From: Aplysia californica
Lineage: Eukaryota
Length of the DNA stretch: 60,363 nucleotides
Direction of reading: 5' to 3'
NCBI RefSeq assembly: GCF_000002075.1
Contig: NW_004797391.1
Location: 923,674 to 984,036 of the forward strand
A program made the translations under genes and the position numbers. Positions 14,401 through 27,000 of the stretch are shown here, piece after piece (the stretch's first letter is position 1; each line of letters opens with the position of its first letter). The notes below the pieces were generated by a model. That model was not told the DNA's origin. It made no database searches and saw only the letters and a program-made list of their open reading frames with translations.

Positions 14401-17400
14401 TTTGTCAGAATCTCCGAAAGTTTGAAAGGACGCGAAAAGAATATTCAGGGTAAATGGTCAGGGAGCAGAAAGCTGTATTTTTTAAGTTCATTATCTGTTT
14501 GTCAACTTGCTACCTACAACCCGCTTACGAATTACCACTATACTGTCTTCCTACTCAGCTCCTATCGACACTTGTCTTGGCCCGATAGAATAGGTTAACA
14601 CTAACAATGTCACCTTAGCAGAGACTGGGCCAACCATTTCCAAACTCACGGTGACACTAAAGATGGTTCCAGTAGGAAATGGGATAGAGGCTGCCCACAT
14701 CCCTCATTAGGGCAGAGGAAGATAGGACTAATGTTAACATTACTTAAACGCAATCCCACATCATCATCACCATTATTTCTAAAATTATCATTGCTCTCAG
14801 ATCAATGACTTACATCCTTGAAGCTTTATCTGCAACAGTTACTTGTCATAGTAAGTATGCACGTAAATAGTAATACACTATTTGACACTATCATCACACG
14901 CACTTTTTTCTACTAATATCATACGGCGTCAATCTCATATAATAAATGAGTAATGGATTTACTTTTATAAGTAAATAGCATCTGTCATAGCATCCCCGCT
15001 CGAGGGCAAGCTCTCACACCTTAGAAAACTCAAAAACTTTGTTGCCTTCCTAGGAAGCATGCAGTATAAGCAGCTGGTTATGGCTATGCACTCAAACGCA
15101 AAACAAACTGACAAGACCTTTTGCTATCTACTGGCTGGTACCCATTCCCACCTGATTGAAGTGAGGAAAATTCTAATAAAGTGACTTTCCCAAGGACACA
15201 ACATCGGGCCCCCCAAGGGATTCGGACCAACGACCTTATGGTTGCGAGTTTGAGAGCTAAAGACGCCACTTGATATAAGAAAAAAAAATAGTTAAAAATA
15301 AAGCAACAACTGAACGGAAACCAAACTCAAGTTACCCATGGGCCGATGCAGGTAGAGTCTGGTAGAGTCTGAGCCAGATAGAGTATTGCACAATAAACAA
15401 AAAAAGATTTTTAAGTATGTCAAAAGTACAGTTAACTAAATCTTCTCAATCTTTACCTTATTAATTCAGTTCAGAACATGAACTGAACCTTTCTACAGAA
15501 CACAGGCTTCTTACCTACTCCTTGCTCCAAGGAACCTGGTAGTTCTCTCTCCTTTACATTTGGCTCAAAGAAGGGCTGCACCGATGCTAAATTTTGATGT
15601 CAGGTGGGGACTGCAAGATATTTTCCTACAGGCCTCAAATTAGTTCGCAAGTCGGTGGGCTTTTTTTTTTCTGCTTACACAACTTACAGTAGGTAGACTT
15701 ACTATGAACATCTATAAATTAATAAAAAGAAATTTGATTCCCACTTAAGTTTCAGTCGAAATCAGAAAAAAACTCATTTGACTGAAAAAATGACAAGGAT
15801 TCAGGGCTCCCCATTACGCACAAAAGTGCATACACATTAAACCTGCAGATTACCCCCTTAAAGTTTTGGTGGTGTGTGACCTTTACCCTTTGTAATTTCA
15901 TTTCGGGGGTTGTATACGCTTTAAAACGTAGGTGGTGAGTGTCTAACAAACATTTTCCCCCTTCTCTATGCCGAAGCCGAGTCAATGATTTGACAACACA
16001 ACCACACACATGCACGACAGTCACCTTCTGTGTCAGAAAAAGTCGACTATTTGACTTATTTATCAGCACAGAAGCTCCACCCACACTCTGGTGGCTCACA
16101 TTTCCCAGTATCGAGCCTTCAGTTTACCACTGTGAGATTACCCCCATCCTTCTTTAACACCCTAGTAAACATGAATTGTGTAAAACTAAAACACCTGGAC
16201 TAGGAGAGCTTGACGTGATACTTCAGGATTAAAAAAGAAATAATGATAAAACACACACACATGCGTGCGTTCACACACACACATACACCATACATACGCG
16301 CGCGCGCAGAGGGAATATACATGGATATAATAATGGAAACCCCTGGAAATTATTTAAGTCAGCTTGGCAGTGACCTAAGAGATTTGTTGTTGAACAAAAG
16401 GTTGAAAAAGGTTGAACTCTAATTCTAGTCAATATTACACATTTATTTCTTTTAAGTTAATTAAAAAATCGTTAACATTCAATCATAGTCATGGTCACTC
16501 TGTGTGTGTCTGTGTGAACGTGAATGTGAGTTAAATGTTTACAAGCACAAAATCTTACTATAAAATTATTATTATGAGATATTAACTTTTACCCTTTAAG
16601 TTTCTAAAACAAGAGTTTAGAAAATACCCCTTAAGATAGTAAACCAAAGGGTGAAGGAACCTCTTAAGTTGGCCTGAAAACGGGAGCCCTGTGGATTGCC
16701 AAACATTTTTTTTTTCAAAATAATTCTAATAATACTAAACAAAAGAGTATACATTATTATTTTTAGTTTTATGAAGGCGAAGGGCTTATGTTCTTTCTGC
16801 CAATGGCTAGGAACGAAATAAGCAGAGAATAAATGAGCAGCATGCCTGCCTGCGCTAATAACCTTGAAGGGATCATTTGATTTTATGGAACCTGTACTCT
16901 GTGCATCCTAAAATAGTAGCAACATTCACAAATGGAATGATCTAATCCATCCTGTGGACATTACACATAACCATCAATCCGGTTTCTTGATGTAATGGGA
17001 GGGTGGCCAGATTTTCCTTCACGAGAGGAGCAAAGGAGGAGTTCTGCAGAGGGCCGGTACTTACCGTGACAAGGTCACTGAGCAAACATGTACAAAAGTT
17101 TGGGTAGGGGTTAGGAGCTGGTCGGCTGGCTCTCTGACCCTGCGGAACTCTTTCCGAAGCAAAAGCTTCTATTTTTGCACAATTTGATCACTCTCCCAAA
17201 TCAAAGAGGTCTGATTTCTTCTGAGTCACATCATTTCCAGTTTGAGTTTGATGAAATCATGGCCAACAACCAATTAGTATATTAACGAAGTGTATACAGA
17301 CCCGGTAACCGGGAACCAAGTCACGAAGTATACAGACCCGGTAGGGGAACTCTTTTGTGATTTCGGAAAGTTTNNNNNNNNNNNNNNNNNNNNNNNNNNN

Positions 17401-19055
17401 NNNNNNNNNNNNNNNNNNNNNNNNNNNNNNNNNNNNNNNNNNNNNNNNNNNNNNNNNNNNNNNNNNNNNNNNNNNNNNNNNNNNNNNNNNNNNNNNNNNN
17501 NNNNNNNNNNNNNNNNNNNNNNNNNNNNNNNNNNNNNNNNNNNNNNNNNNNCTGCTCGATTGAAATTATGACATTGTTCTTTTCTTCAAATTGTGATTCC
17601 TCCAACTCCAAAACGGAGGAAGAACAATCGTTCATCGAAAAGACATCCGCAATCTTCATTTAGATCTAGATCTAATCTACATCTAGATCTAGATCTAGGC
17701 TAGCCTCGAAACTAGATCAATGATTTATAATGTCTGTCTATCTAGATCTAGACCTGGGCCATAGATCTAGAAGAACCTAGGTCTTCAATGAGCCAACAGG
17801 CGCTGAAACTTTCCGAAATCACAAAAGAGTTCCCCTACCGGGTCTGTATACTTTGTGACTTTGTTCCCGGTTACCGGGTCTGTATACACTCCCATATATT
17901 AAATCTACTCCACATTGGGTAGGATTTCCGTAACAATTACAAGCAACCACCCAAACAAACACAATAAAGAAGGGATCTAGATCTAGAATCTAGACCAGAC
18001 CCCACCCCTAACTCTTGCAGTCTCACTCTCTTCTCCTATACCTTCTCCATTTCAGTGGTTGCTCGATTCGGAATTCTTCCCCCACATTGCCTGCACTCAG
18101 ATAAACAATGCCATTTTATACTACGGCTTCGGCTGGCCTGAACTTCAGGGTCAAATCAATTAAAAGCAGAGGTCAATTTAATGGGCAATGGCCAGTACCA
18201 TACAGACCTGGCTGCATTTGGTCAATAGAATTAGAATAGGCAACTGGTTCTTAGCCTCTGCTCAAATTAACCAGATCTAGATCTAGATCTAAGCCTGTAT
18301 TGTATCACAAAAAGAAAAGAAAACTCTTAATTTATCAGCCATTTAAATAAAATTTTGAAACATGGCATAGAAGATGAAGGGCAATTAGTTGGCCTAGATC
18401 TAGAAATCTTTCTAGATTCTAGATCTAGATTAGAAATCTAGACGAACGCTTTCAATGAACGGTCTGTTCAGTGAAGGCTGAAACCGCCAAACCTTTATCA
18501 AGATCTCTGGTACTGGTACTACAACTACTTAGGAAAAAAGCCTTGACCTGACACTAATCCTAAAACTAAATGGCCCAAAGTCACAAGTGGCAGTGAGGTC
18601 ACAAAAAAAAACAGTTGAGCCTGGAGTGGAATAAATAGCGGATCTCAAGTGTGAAAAAGGACGTTTCCACCACCTTCATCTTGTTTTAAGTCAAGATGTA
18701 GATTCTAAATTCAACTAATGGCGTTATAATAGCCTAATGAACATCAATAACTAAGAACAAGTCATAAAGAAATCTAGATCTAGTAACGGGGTGAATAAGG
18801 CTACAGTTACCACTGCCTCAGGCTGAAATTACACATCTCAAGACAAATTTTGGTTGTACTGGTGTCATGCAAATCGTTGGAAGACCTTGAAAAAATGAGC
18901 ACGCACCAGACGAGTGAGGGCATTGTTTCAGCAAGACTGAATTAATATTGCGCAAAATTGTTATTCACATCATAAAGCATCACCTTAGAAGAAGTCGAAA
19001 AGTGCTTCCTTGCGACAAAAATAATTTGAGAGGGTCTTGCAAGTCTGGAAAACAT
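2492..19055 (-). CDS. MDH2: Malate dehydrogenase 2, mitochondrial (8 coding exons, 342 aa)
   Basis: Exons on the minus strand, all GT-AG with consistent phases: 19055-18984 ([24 protein letters not shown], Arg/Ser-rich presequence); 10556-10304 ([23 protein letters not shown]...[13 protein letters not shown]-binding Gly motif); 9871-9762 ([15 protein letters not shown]...IITNP); 9635-9510 ([11 protein letters not shown]...[17 protein letters not shown]); 7321-7217 ([26 protein letters not shown]..., catalytic His); 5263-5192 ([24 protein letters not shown]); 4620-4468 ([14 protein letters not shown]...PVLLG); 2629-2492 (KNGVEKNLG...FVAKQFKK*). Total 1029 nt. Confidence 0.97.
2695..2935 (-). 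mobile_element. Copy of the same retroposon in MDH2 intron 7
   Basis: Reverse-complement similarity to ~28330-28570 (GTAAAACCTCTACT 3' end; TCATTTTCCTCTACTTCTTTTGTAT core). Confidence 0.75.
3656..4142. mobile_element. TTAA-flanked MITE (piggyBac-type) in MDH2 intron 7
   Basis: TTAA(A)CTCACTGACTAC...GTAGTCAGAGAG|TTAA. Confidence 0.65.
5725..6165. repeat. Degenerate ~55-60-bp tandem repeat in MDH2 intron 5 (continues at 7114-7205)
   Basis: Consensus about CATGTGTACCCATTTTGTGCCTGCAGATCACATGTACTCACTATGAACCCACTGACCA, roughly 8 copies here plus ~1.5 beyond the insertion. Confidence 0.85.
6178..7113. mobile_element. Element related to the 27.2 kb MITE, with a nested 125-bp hAT-like MITE (6729-6853)
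   Basis: CTGTCCCT...AGGGACAG ends and subterminal AATTATGC repeats. The nested element reads CAGGGTGCCCATTGGGGGA...TCCTCCAATGGGCACCCCG. Confidence 0.55.
8075..8900 (-). mobile_element. LINE fragment (RNase H region), same family as the 34.5-36.8 kb element, in MDH2 intron 4
   Basis: [18 protein letters not shown] (~8555-8608) and [21 protein letters not shown] (ORF 8069-8362), with stops and frameshifts. Confidence 0.85.
12290..12600 (+). mobile_element. Decayed L1/Tx1-type reverse transcriptase fragment in MDH2 intron 1
   Basis: Reads [45 protein letters not shown]...VSLDFQ across frameshifts. Confidence 0.7.
15085..15270 (-). mobile_element. tRNA-derived SINE
   Basis: B-box-like GGTCCGAATCCC, followed by the core TTGTGTCCTTGGGAAAGTCACTT...CCTCACT...CAGGTG.GAATGGGTACC. 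Confidence 0.7.
17286..17893. mobile_element. Mutator-like MITE with long TIRs in MDH2 intron 1
   Basis: Near-perfect inverted repeats of at least 85 bp (17286-17373, cut by an N gap / 17806-17893), with a 9-bp TSD GTATATTAA / ATATATTAA (8/9). Confidence 0.8.
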
Positions 19056-19482
19056 TTTTTTAAATCCTAAGAAACAGTCGACCTCAGTCTACCGGTAGGT
19101 TTGGTCTTGATGAAACACAGGAAGTGATTGTATGACCTGACCTTACACGGCAAATCATGCGCACTCGATTGTATATATCAATCCGCTCTTGACAACCTCA
19201 ACTTTTTAAAAACATAAGTAATAGTATCAGATGTTAAATATGTGTAATTTTTACCAAGAAAATTATAAAAACTCCCTGATTTTAAGATTTCAATGCGAGT
19301 AAATCAAAGTGCCTATGGTATTCTTCAATGATATTTAACAAACTAGGCCCACGTGAATGGACATTTGTTTATAATATGAGTGATACGCCAAACTTCCTGT
19401 TAATCCCCTGCACAGCACTAAGATAGTCTCATGTTTAAACGTCAAAAGAGATAATAAAGACAAAACGCTAGAACACGTCAGG
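19056..19482. promoter_or_regulatory. Bidirectional promoter and 5' UTRs shared by MDH2 and STYXL1
   Basis: 427 bp lie between the divergent ATGs. They contain oppositely oriented ETS-type motifs CAGGAAGTG (19118-19126) and AACTTCCTGT (19391-19400), plus overlapping TGACCT half-sites (19133-19145). Confidence 0.75.
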
Positions 19483-20968
19483 ATGGAGGGTTTAGAGCTC
19501 ATAGAACCGAACGCTTTGTATAATATGCTCCAGCAAGGCACACAGTATTCAGGCCTGAGCGATACAAATTATCTTTTACTGATTGGTAAGTTTAACCTCA
19601 GCGCTGACCATGCCATAGATTAAAAAAAAAAAAATCTTGTAAAACAATAACAACATATAAACGTTTCATCCAGTATCTTAGAACCAAAGATCTTTCTTAA
19701 AAAGAGGATTTTCAAAAACTGATGTCATTGTACCTCATTTTTTAGTTTACGTTTGTGTGTCCTCCTTCTTCTTCTTAATATTATATTAGCAATTAAGTTA
19801 CTATACTAGTTTAACTCATTCGCTACATATTGTTTTCGGCTTGTGGACAAATTTTTCTCGGGAGGGCGAAATGAGATGATGACTAGTGCGCAGTTCACTG
19901 GTCTTTGGGGCCTCAAATTAAAATAAACATCATAATATACCAAAATTTACTGCAGGCCTATTGTTTGTAGATTACATTTGTAATGTTTTATATTTGTGTG
20001 TTTTTCAACTTTGGTTCCTGTAAGAGGCGATTATGCAACACAATTTTGCTTGGATGGGGATAAAATTAAAAAAAAAAAGAAATCTTTGGTGAAACTCAAG
20101 AAATATGTTTGCGCCAAGGGAAATGATACATCAGAATAACCATAAATGAATATATTATAGATCTGGAAAATATTGAAAAATTTGAAGTTATTAAAAACCA
20201 CATAACTTCCATAAAATTCGTACATTTGGATCATAACATCCGATATTTTTAAAAACAAAATATTTTTTGGCTGTAATCTTGAAAAAAGGACAATAAGATA
20301 CATTCACAAACAGAAAAAAACACTTGTAGCTATCTTACATGGGTTATATTATTCAGAATTGTATATCTGGAATAAACCTAGATCTATATGTCTTCAGGTA
20401 CTTTTTGTGTAATTTCACCAAAAAATAGGTCTATAGGAGAAAAAAATATTTTGACAATTTAGATTTAGGCCTATAAAAAAAAATCTTCTAGCACTCAAAA
20501 ATATTGATTTCTCAATAACAGTAGAGCACTGACAATTTAGAATTGATTCCATAGTAAAGAAGAATCCTACATTTCTTTAGTGAGCAAAATAAGGATACAT
20601 TTTATTGTGTAAAAGTATTAAGAAGCTGGTGTCTGGGCTATGATTTGGGCATCGCGATAAAACAAAGTCGCATAAACTACGAAATCGCGTTTGAAAAATG
20701 AATCGACACTTCCGATTTTCGGTGGAAACGCTTGACCTGGAAGTCAATGTTATATTATAACCTTTATTTTAACATGGATTTGTGGATTGGAATAAAATCT
20801 AAGCTAAAATTATAGATCGGTTCTCGAGCGGTTGGGGGCGGCTTGCCAAAGTGATGTCACTTTCGCCAAGCCATTCGGCGTAGCAAATGAGTTAATTCCT
20901 ACCTATTTAACTAAAGGCTTTTAACTTATTTGGTTTGTCAAATTTAATCTGTTCTCTCAGTCCCTCCA

Positions 20969-21032
<64 letters not shown>

Positions 21033-24000
21033 CTCTCTCTCTTATAGCTCTCTCCCTCTGTCTCTAGCTCTCATGTTGCAGTTCTTTCCACTCTCCTATT
21101 TTCATCTTAATAAACCCCTTTCTCGCCACTTTATTGTTTTAATATATGTGTACCATATACCATTAAGCTCTTTAATTATAAATTATAAGAGGATAGGTCA
21201 GAGTATAATGATAGATGCTGACTTGTGGGGTCCATTCCTAATGGCTCTCCATCTTCTATACAGAGGTACAGATAATTAAGACTCCTGTAAATTTGCCAGT
21301 CTTTTATTGCTGCACCAAGCCCACACTTTCACATTGCACTTTTGATATGATATCTGATCAATGGTCAGCGTTTTATTGGGATATATGGGCAAAAAGGTAT
21401 GCCTTTTACCTCTTCACTGCCAATCATTTCACATGGCAGCTGAGTTAAGTTTTTACAAAAATGAATATTCTTTGAAATTTGCTTGGGGGGGGGGGGGGGG
21501 TATAAGGAGCTGACTGAACAGAACAGTAGAGGAATTGTGTACAGTTGAACTTAGAGGATAGGGGACCACTGGTTGTCAAGGAGAAGTTGCCATCTTAGTG
21601 GTCTGCTTGCACAATGTCATTAATATTGCAACATTTTAAAAATGCAAGGGGGGAATTGGAAGTGATTGTTTGTTCAGGTGGTTTTTTCGGTCAAGTGGTC
21701 GTTAGAGCAGGTTCATCTGAAATTACATCATCATCATTGCCTTTTTCGCCCTGCACCAGGGTATAAGGTCACAGACAAACACTTTCCACCTTTCTCTATA
21801 TTATCCTGGGGTAGCCTCTTGATGTTATTCTATGTCTTCCCACTTTTCTGTACATCAATTTCTGTGATTCTTCATCAGGGTTCATGTGTTCTTCCCCTTG
21901 ATCTTTTAATCTGAAATTAAAGTGGAAACAAAAATAATTGCGTTTTAGAAGACAAAAAAAGTGAATAATAATGATAATTGCATTTATGTAGTGCATATCC
22001 ATGCTCTATGCCATGCCTACGGTGCTTTTACAACTGCAACTAAATAAATGCCAGTTGTGCTGTACTTTTTACATCGGATGTATGGAGAGGTAATTCTTTT
22101 TTAACAAAACAGAGAAGAGTATTTCACAAATCCTTTTCTACCAAAACTTCTTTATAAGTTTATTTATTAATCAAATATTATCAGACTTTCATTGCTTTTC
22201 CTGTCAAAGCTTTGGAGTCTTCTTTAGGGCCACCTGCGGGTGAGATTTTCCCCATTTTTCCCCAGTTTGACCATACAGTTTTTCCTCTCCATTTTTGAAA
22301 CCTACATCCATTTTAATCAAAGTTTCGAGCATCTGCCTCAATTAATTATGTTTCAAAGTCGTTTAAAAATCGGTAAAAAAAAATATTTGGCAATTTTTGG
22401 TCGTGTTTTTAAATATTTTCTTCATTTTTTTCAAATATTTATTTTTACGACTTTAAATTTAATCTTTTCTTTTATTTTTCATCTGAATAGCTTCATTATT
22501 TTACAAAATGTACATCCATTGGAGACCTGTACTGAAATAAAGCCTTTTTAGAAGATAATCTGATTAAAATTACAATCACTGTTTTTGTTGGAAATTTTGA
22601 GATTTTTTTGCTCTTCATCTATGTACACATTTCCAGAGTCTATAATTATTTTCTTAATCATAATATTACAAATCTGGCGTTATTTGTTCATTACATAGGT
22701 GTTGCAGTTTGTACTTGCTAAAAATAAAAGCCAACGGACAAAACATAAGAGAGAAGATAGCTTTTGAAATTTGATGAAATTATCCAATATGGCGGATGTT
22801 TGCTTGGTTACCTTGGTAACCATACCATATGCTTATAATAATAAATAATTACTTCAATTAACTCTTTAATGTCTGACTAATATGAATATATCATCTTTGC
22901 TACATATAGTCAAGGGATATGGTTTTTAGAAATTCCACCAGCAGATGGCCTTAAAGCTACAAAATAAAATGAGAAGCTGTGATACATATCAAAGAAATAG
23001 CTTGTAGATTCTAGTTCATATGATTCTCCTGATTTATAATTTTTTAAATTTTAAAATATTTTACACCCCATTTTCTACTTGGGATGAAAAGGGCGTGGGA
23101 TGATCAGGTGGCCAGCTTTGCCTTCACAGAAGACAAAGGTTTGTAGTAATTACAGCCTAGTTTGTTTGCAGTTTAGTCTGTCTTTCTGAAAGGGACAGTA
23201 AACTTTGTTTTCAATCAAAATCTAAATGATTGGATGTAACAGCTGGAAAATAATATGTGTCACGACTCAGTGGAATCAGGCGCTCTTCAATTTTTGGACA
23301 AGTGGAGTTTTGGTATATTTTTAAAAGCTTGTTCATTTGTCTTGCTTTAGGTGAAAAAAGTACTCATCCATTATGAATAGAAGTCCAAGTATCTGTGATT
23401 GAAGTGGGGGTTGCCTAGTTTCTGAGGTAAAATTAGCGAGAAAATGGCCACCAAAGCTTGGCGACTTCCAAAGCTTGAGAGTCTTTAAAAACTTCAAATT
23501 TACATTTTTGTACCTTAAATCCATATTTTTCAGTAAAATCCACACAGAAATATGTTTTTAAATGGACCTTGAAGGTCTTGAGTCAAAATACAAAAAATTT
23601 GATAAAAATTGCCAAATGGAGAGAAAAGGACAGTTTTTCTATTTCATTATTTTGACAAGCACCTGATTTCACCATGATGCCTCACATATGTGCAAAGACT
23701 GTAACTGTAAGAATTATACCACCTTGTCACTGGAGGGAAAGACATGAAAAATGGGAAAACAGCATCAGAAGATCATAGATCAGATGGCCATTGAGCTGAT
23801 GGTCATAAAATTTGATAACTGATTTCAGTGGCCAATATGTATTGGGCTTCTTTTAACTTGAATGGCTCATTTTTGTCTGACAGTGTGTGAATTTTTTCTT
23901 TGCAATGCAAAAGCATATTTTATTTAGAGTGCAACAGTTGCAGAATACATAACTCGAGGTGTGAGCAAGTTTAATCCAAGGATCTACCATCTCTGAAGAA

Positions 24001-27000
24001 GGTTGAGCTCCCTACCCAATCTCCCTGTATTCTCCATACCCTATGTTAATTTATTAATAACTTTTCTACCTTTCCAGTAGAATAAACAACATTGTGGCTT
24101 TGATTTATGGCTCTCATCTAACTTGTAAACAATAAGTCTTTTATTGATACATAGCTCCACTTCTATTCACAGATGCTCGAAGGAAACATGAATACAACGA
24201 AAGTCATATCGTGACTTCTAAAAAGGCACCAAAGGTAATAAGAATTGAGTTGTGTACAGAACATTTCTAATAGAGCTCTGAATTGTATTCACATCTCAGT
24301 ATTATAGTGAATTTTTAAATTTCTTTTTAATCGATAAGAGGGAATAGGGAGGTGGGTGTTTGTAGGCTTTCATCTTTCTTGTATAGTGTATAAGGCACAT
24401 TGTCATTACTAGTGTTTGTTATGTAATGTGTCGGCACTCTGCTGCTGCACACAAAGGATGTGAGTTTGATTCCATTGTGTAGAAGTATTATATTGAATAG
24501 GCTATACTTTCTTTCTGCTGGTATGCTGTACATCACTCAGTCTGGGATGGCCCTGACTGGCAGGGTCAAAGCAGCTCACCACTTAAATGATCTTGTGTCA
24601 GTGGTGGTTTGAATATTTACAAGCCATCCATCACTCTTGTCATTGTGCTCGAAAGCTCATCTAGGCTACACAGCTCAACTGAGAAGTAGTAAAGCCGATC
24701 AGAACAAGCCTCGGTAAAACATTTTCNNNNNNNNNNNNNNNNNNNNNNNNNNNNNNNNNNNNNNNNNNNNNNNNNNNNNNNNNNNNNNNNNNNNNNNNNN
24801 NNNNNNNNNNNNNNNNNNNNNNNNNNNNNNNNNNNNNNNNNNNNNNNNNNNNNNNNNNNNNNNNNNNNNNNNNNNNNNNNNNNNNNNNNNNNNNNNNNNN
24901 NNNNNNNNNNNNNNNNNNNNNNNNNNNNNNNNNNNNNNNNNNNNNNNNNNNNNNNNNNNNNNNNNNNNNNNNNNNNNNCCTTTGTGTTGCTTTTTGTGTC
25001 TGAATTCATATATTAATTATTTTTATGTATTACCAAACAATATTTGTTACTGGATTCTAGATTAGCGTTTTGATTTTTAAAATAATGCAATGAACTGTGT
25101 GACATCATTACCTGAGAAACCATGAAACTGTCGTTGCTGCAGTACTTGAGGGAAAAGCTTGTTTACCCAAGACAGCCCACTTCTCTTTTTGAGACGTAAA
25201 ATTTAAAGAAAAATTCCTGTCCTCAATACTCAAGGTACCTGTATTTTCAGGGAAAGACATATCTTGTAAACAGAGAGTGGAAGCAAAATTTTATTCTAGA
25301 ACTTCTATTTGAGAAATATAAGGAATATTTCCGCTAGCGACAATTGGGACAGTTGAACTATTGTGCATGGATTACAGTTGATGCTTTTTCTAGTGTTAAT
25401 CTTTGCTGATGGACAGCTTTGACCATAAGATTTGTCATTTATTAATTCACATAGCATACAGAGAATTAAAACGGGCTGTCGATGGATGCTCTGGTGTGGT
25501 TTACTCCTTTTTTCCATCAAACATCTGTTGTCCTGATCTCTCCTTCTTTTTTGTGTTTGTTACTCTGATGTAAAACCTCCAATCTTCGGCACTTATAATA
25601 TATAACCTTATTGTGTCGCAAGTGCCGTAAAACTCTTACTAAAACTAGAAAGAGAATTAAAAACTATTTTGTCAAATTGTGAAACAATGATATAGATAGT
25701 GTGTGTATGCTACAGTACCTGTATTTTTATACATTTGTGGAACTTGGCTCCAAAAGCTGTGTTCTAAAGTTGTCTGTATGAACTTCAAGATAAATTCCTC
25801 TGGCTGAAAAAAATATAAATTTAGAACATCTACCCTGCTCCTGTGCTCTCTAAGTTCAAAATGTCTATTTTATTCCAGTGCTTTATGTTGGGAACATCTT
25901 CCATGCGGCTGTGCGAAATATTCCAGCTGTATTTCAAACGGTGATAGGATGATGGTATTAGTATTCTAAATGTATCCTTTTTTTTGTTTCACAGAGTGAA
26001 AATGACTTGTTCATGATTCCGTATGATGCAGAACTGGAATGCAAACAGAATATTGTGGTGTATGACAGCAACACATCAACAATTCCTTTCCACTCATATT
26101 GTAAGTATATACAGCAACAAATGAGAAATTCCTCTCCATTCCATCATATTGTGAAGGGTTCTTTTTCTTCATTTCAGTTTCAATAGGAACAACTGTTAAC
26201 TGTNNNNNNNNNNNNNNNNNNNNNNNNNNNNNNNNNNNNNNNNNNNNNNNNNNNNNNNNNNNNNNNNNNNNNNNNNNNNNNNNNNNNNNNNNNNNNNNNN
26301 NNNNNNNNNNNNNNNNNNNNNNNNNNNNNNNNNNNNNNNNNNNNNNNNNNNNNNNNNNNNNNNNNNNNNNNNNNNNNNNNNNNNNNNNNNNNNNNNNNNN
26401 NNNNNNNNNNNNNNNNNNNNNNNNNNNNNNNNNNNNNNNNNNNCAGGTTCCTATACATAATATCTGATTGAATGTTTGGATATATATTTTCAAAATAGTT
26501 TAAAAACATACTTTTATTTTTTTCTGTTTCAATTAGAGCATAAAATGCTTCCTCAATTTCTTCTGATTCAGCTAACTCTTGTAACATAATGTAATAAATA
26601 TTGGTGTCATTCTTTGGTATTGTAAATTGTGTCTATTCTCCTCAGCCCCTGCAATTGACTGTGCCAAATTGTTTTGGGACATGGGAAGTCGAGACACAGT
26701 TAAAATCTTAAAAGGTAAGTGCTATAAAACTATAGAAGTGGGATTTGACATTGCCTTTCATTGTCATGAACATAATAATTTGACTTCTTTCATTTTTTTT
26801 CTTGTTGAAAAATGTTGAACTGTTAATCAGAAATCTTTCTTTCCTTGTCCAGTCTTATGTTACACACCTACCTTTGGTTAAGTTACCTTGTACGAGTTCT
26901 TTTCACTATTTGTTTTCCATGAACATATTTGCTGACATGGTCTGTAACTTGAGTATAACAAAACCCAAAAGAACTTCTGCCTCTTGCACTAAGAAAATTT

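Noticed and set aside
16800-17165. GC-richer stretch with a gtaagt donor in MDH2 intron 1
   Set aside because: No recognisable protein or RNA family and no clear acceptor. I cannot support it as an exon.
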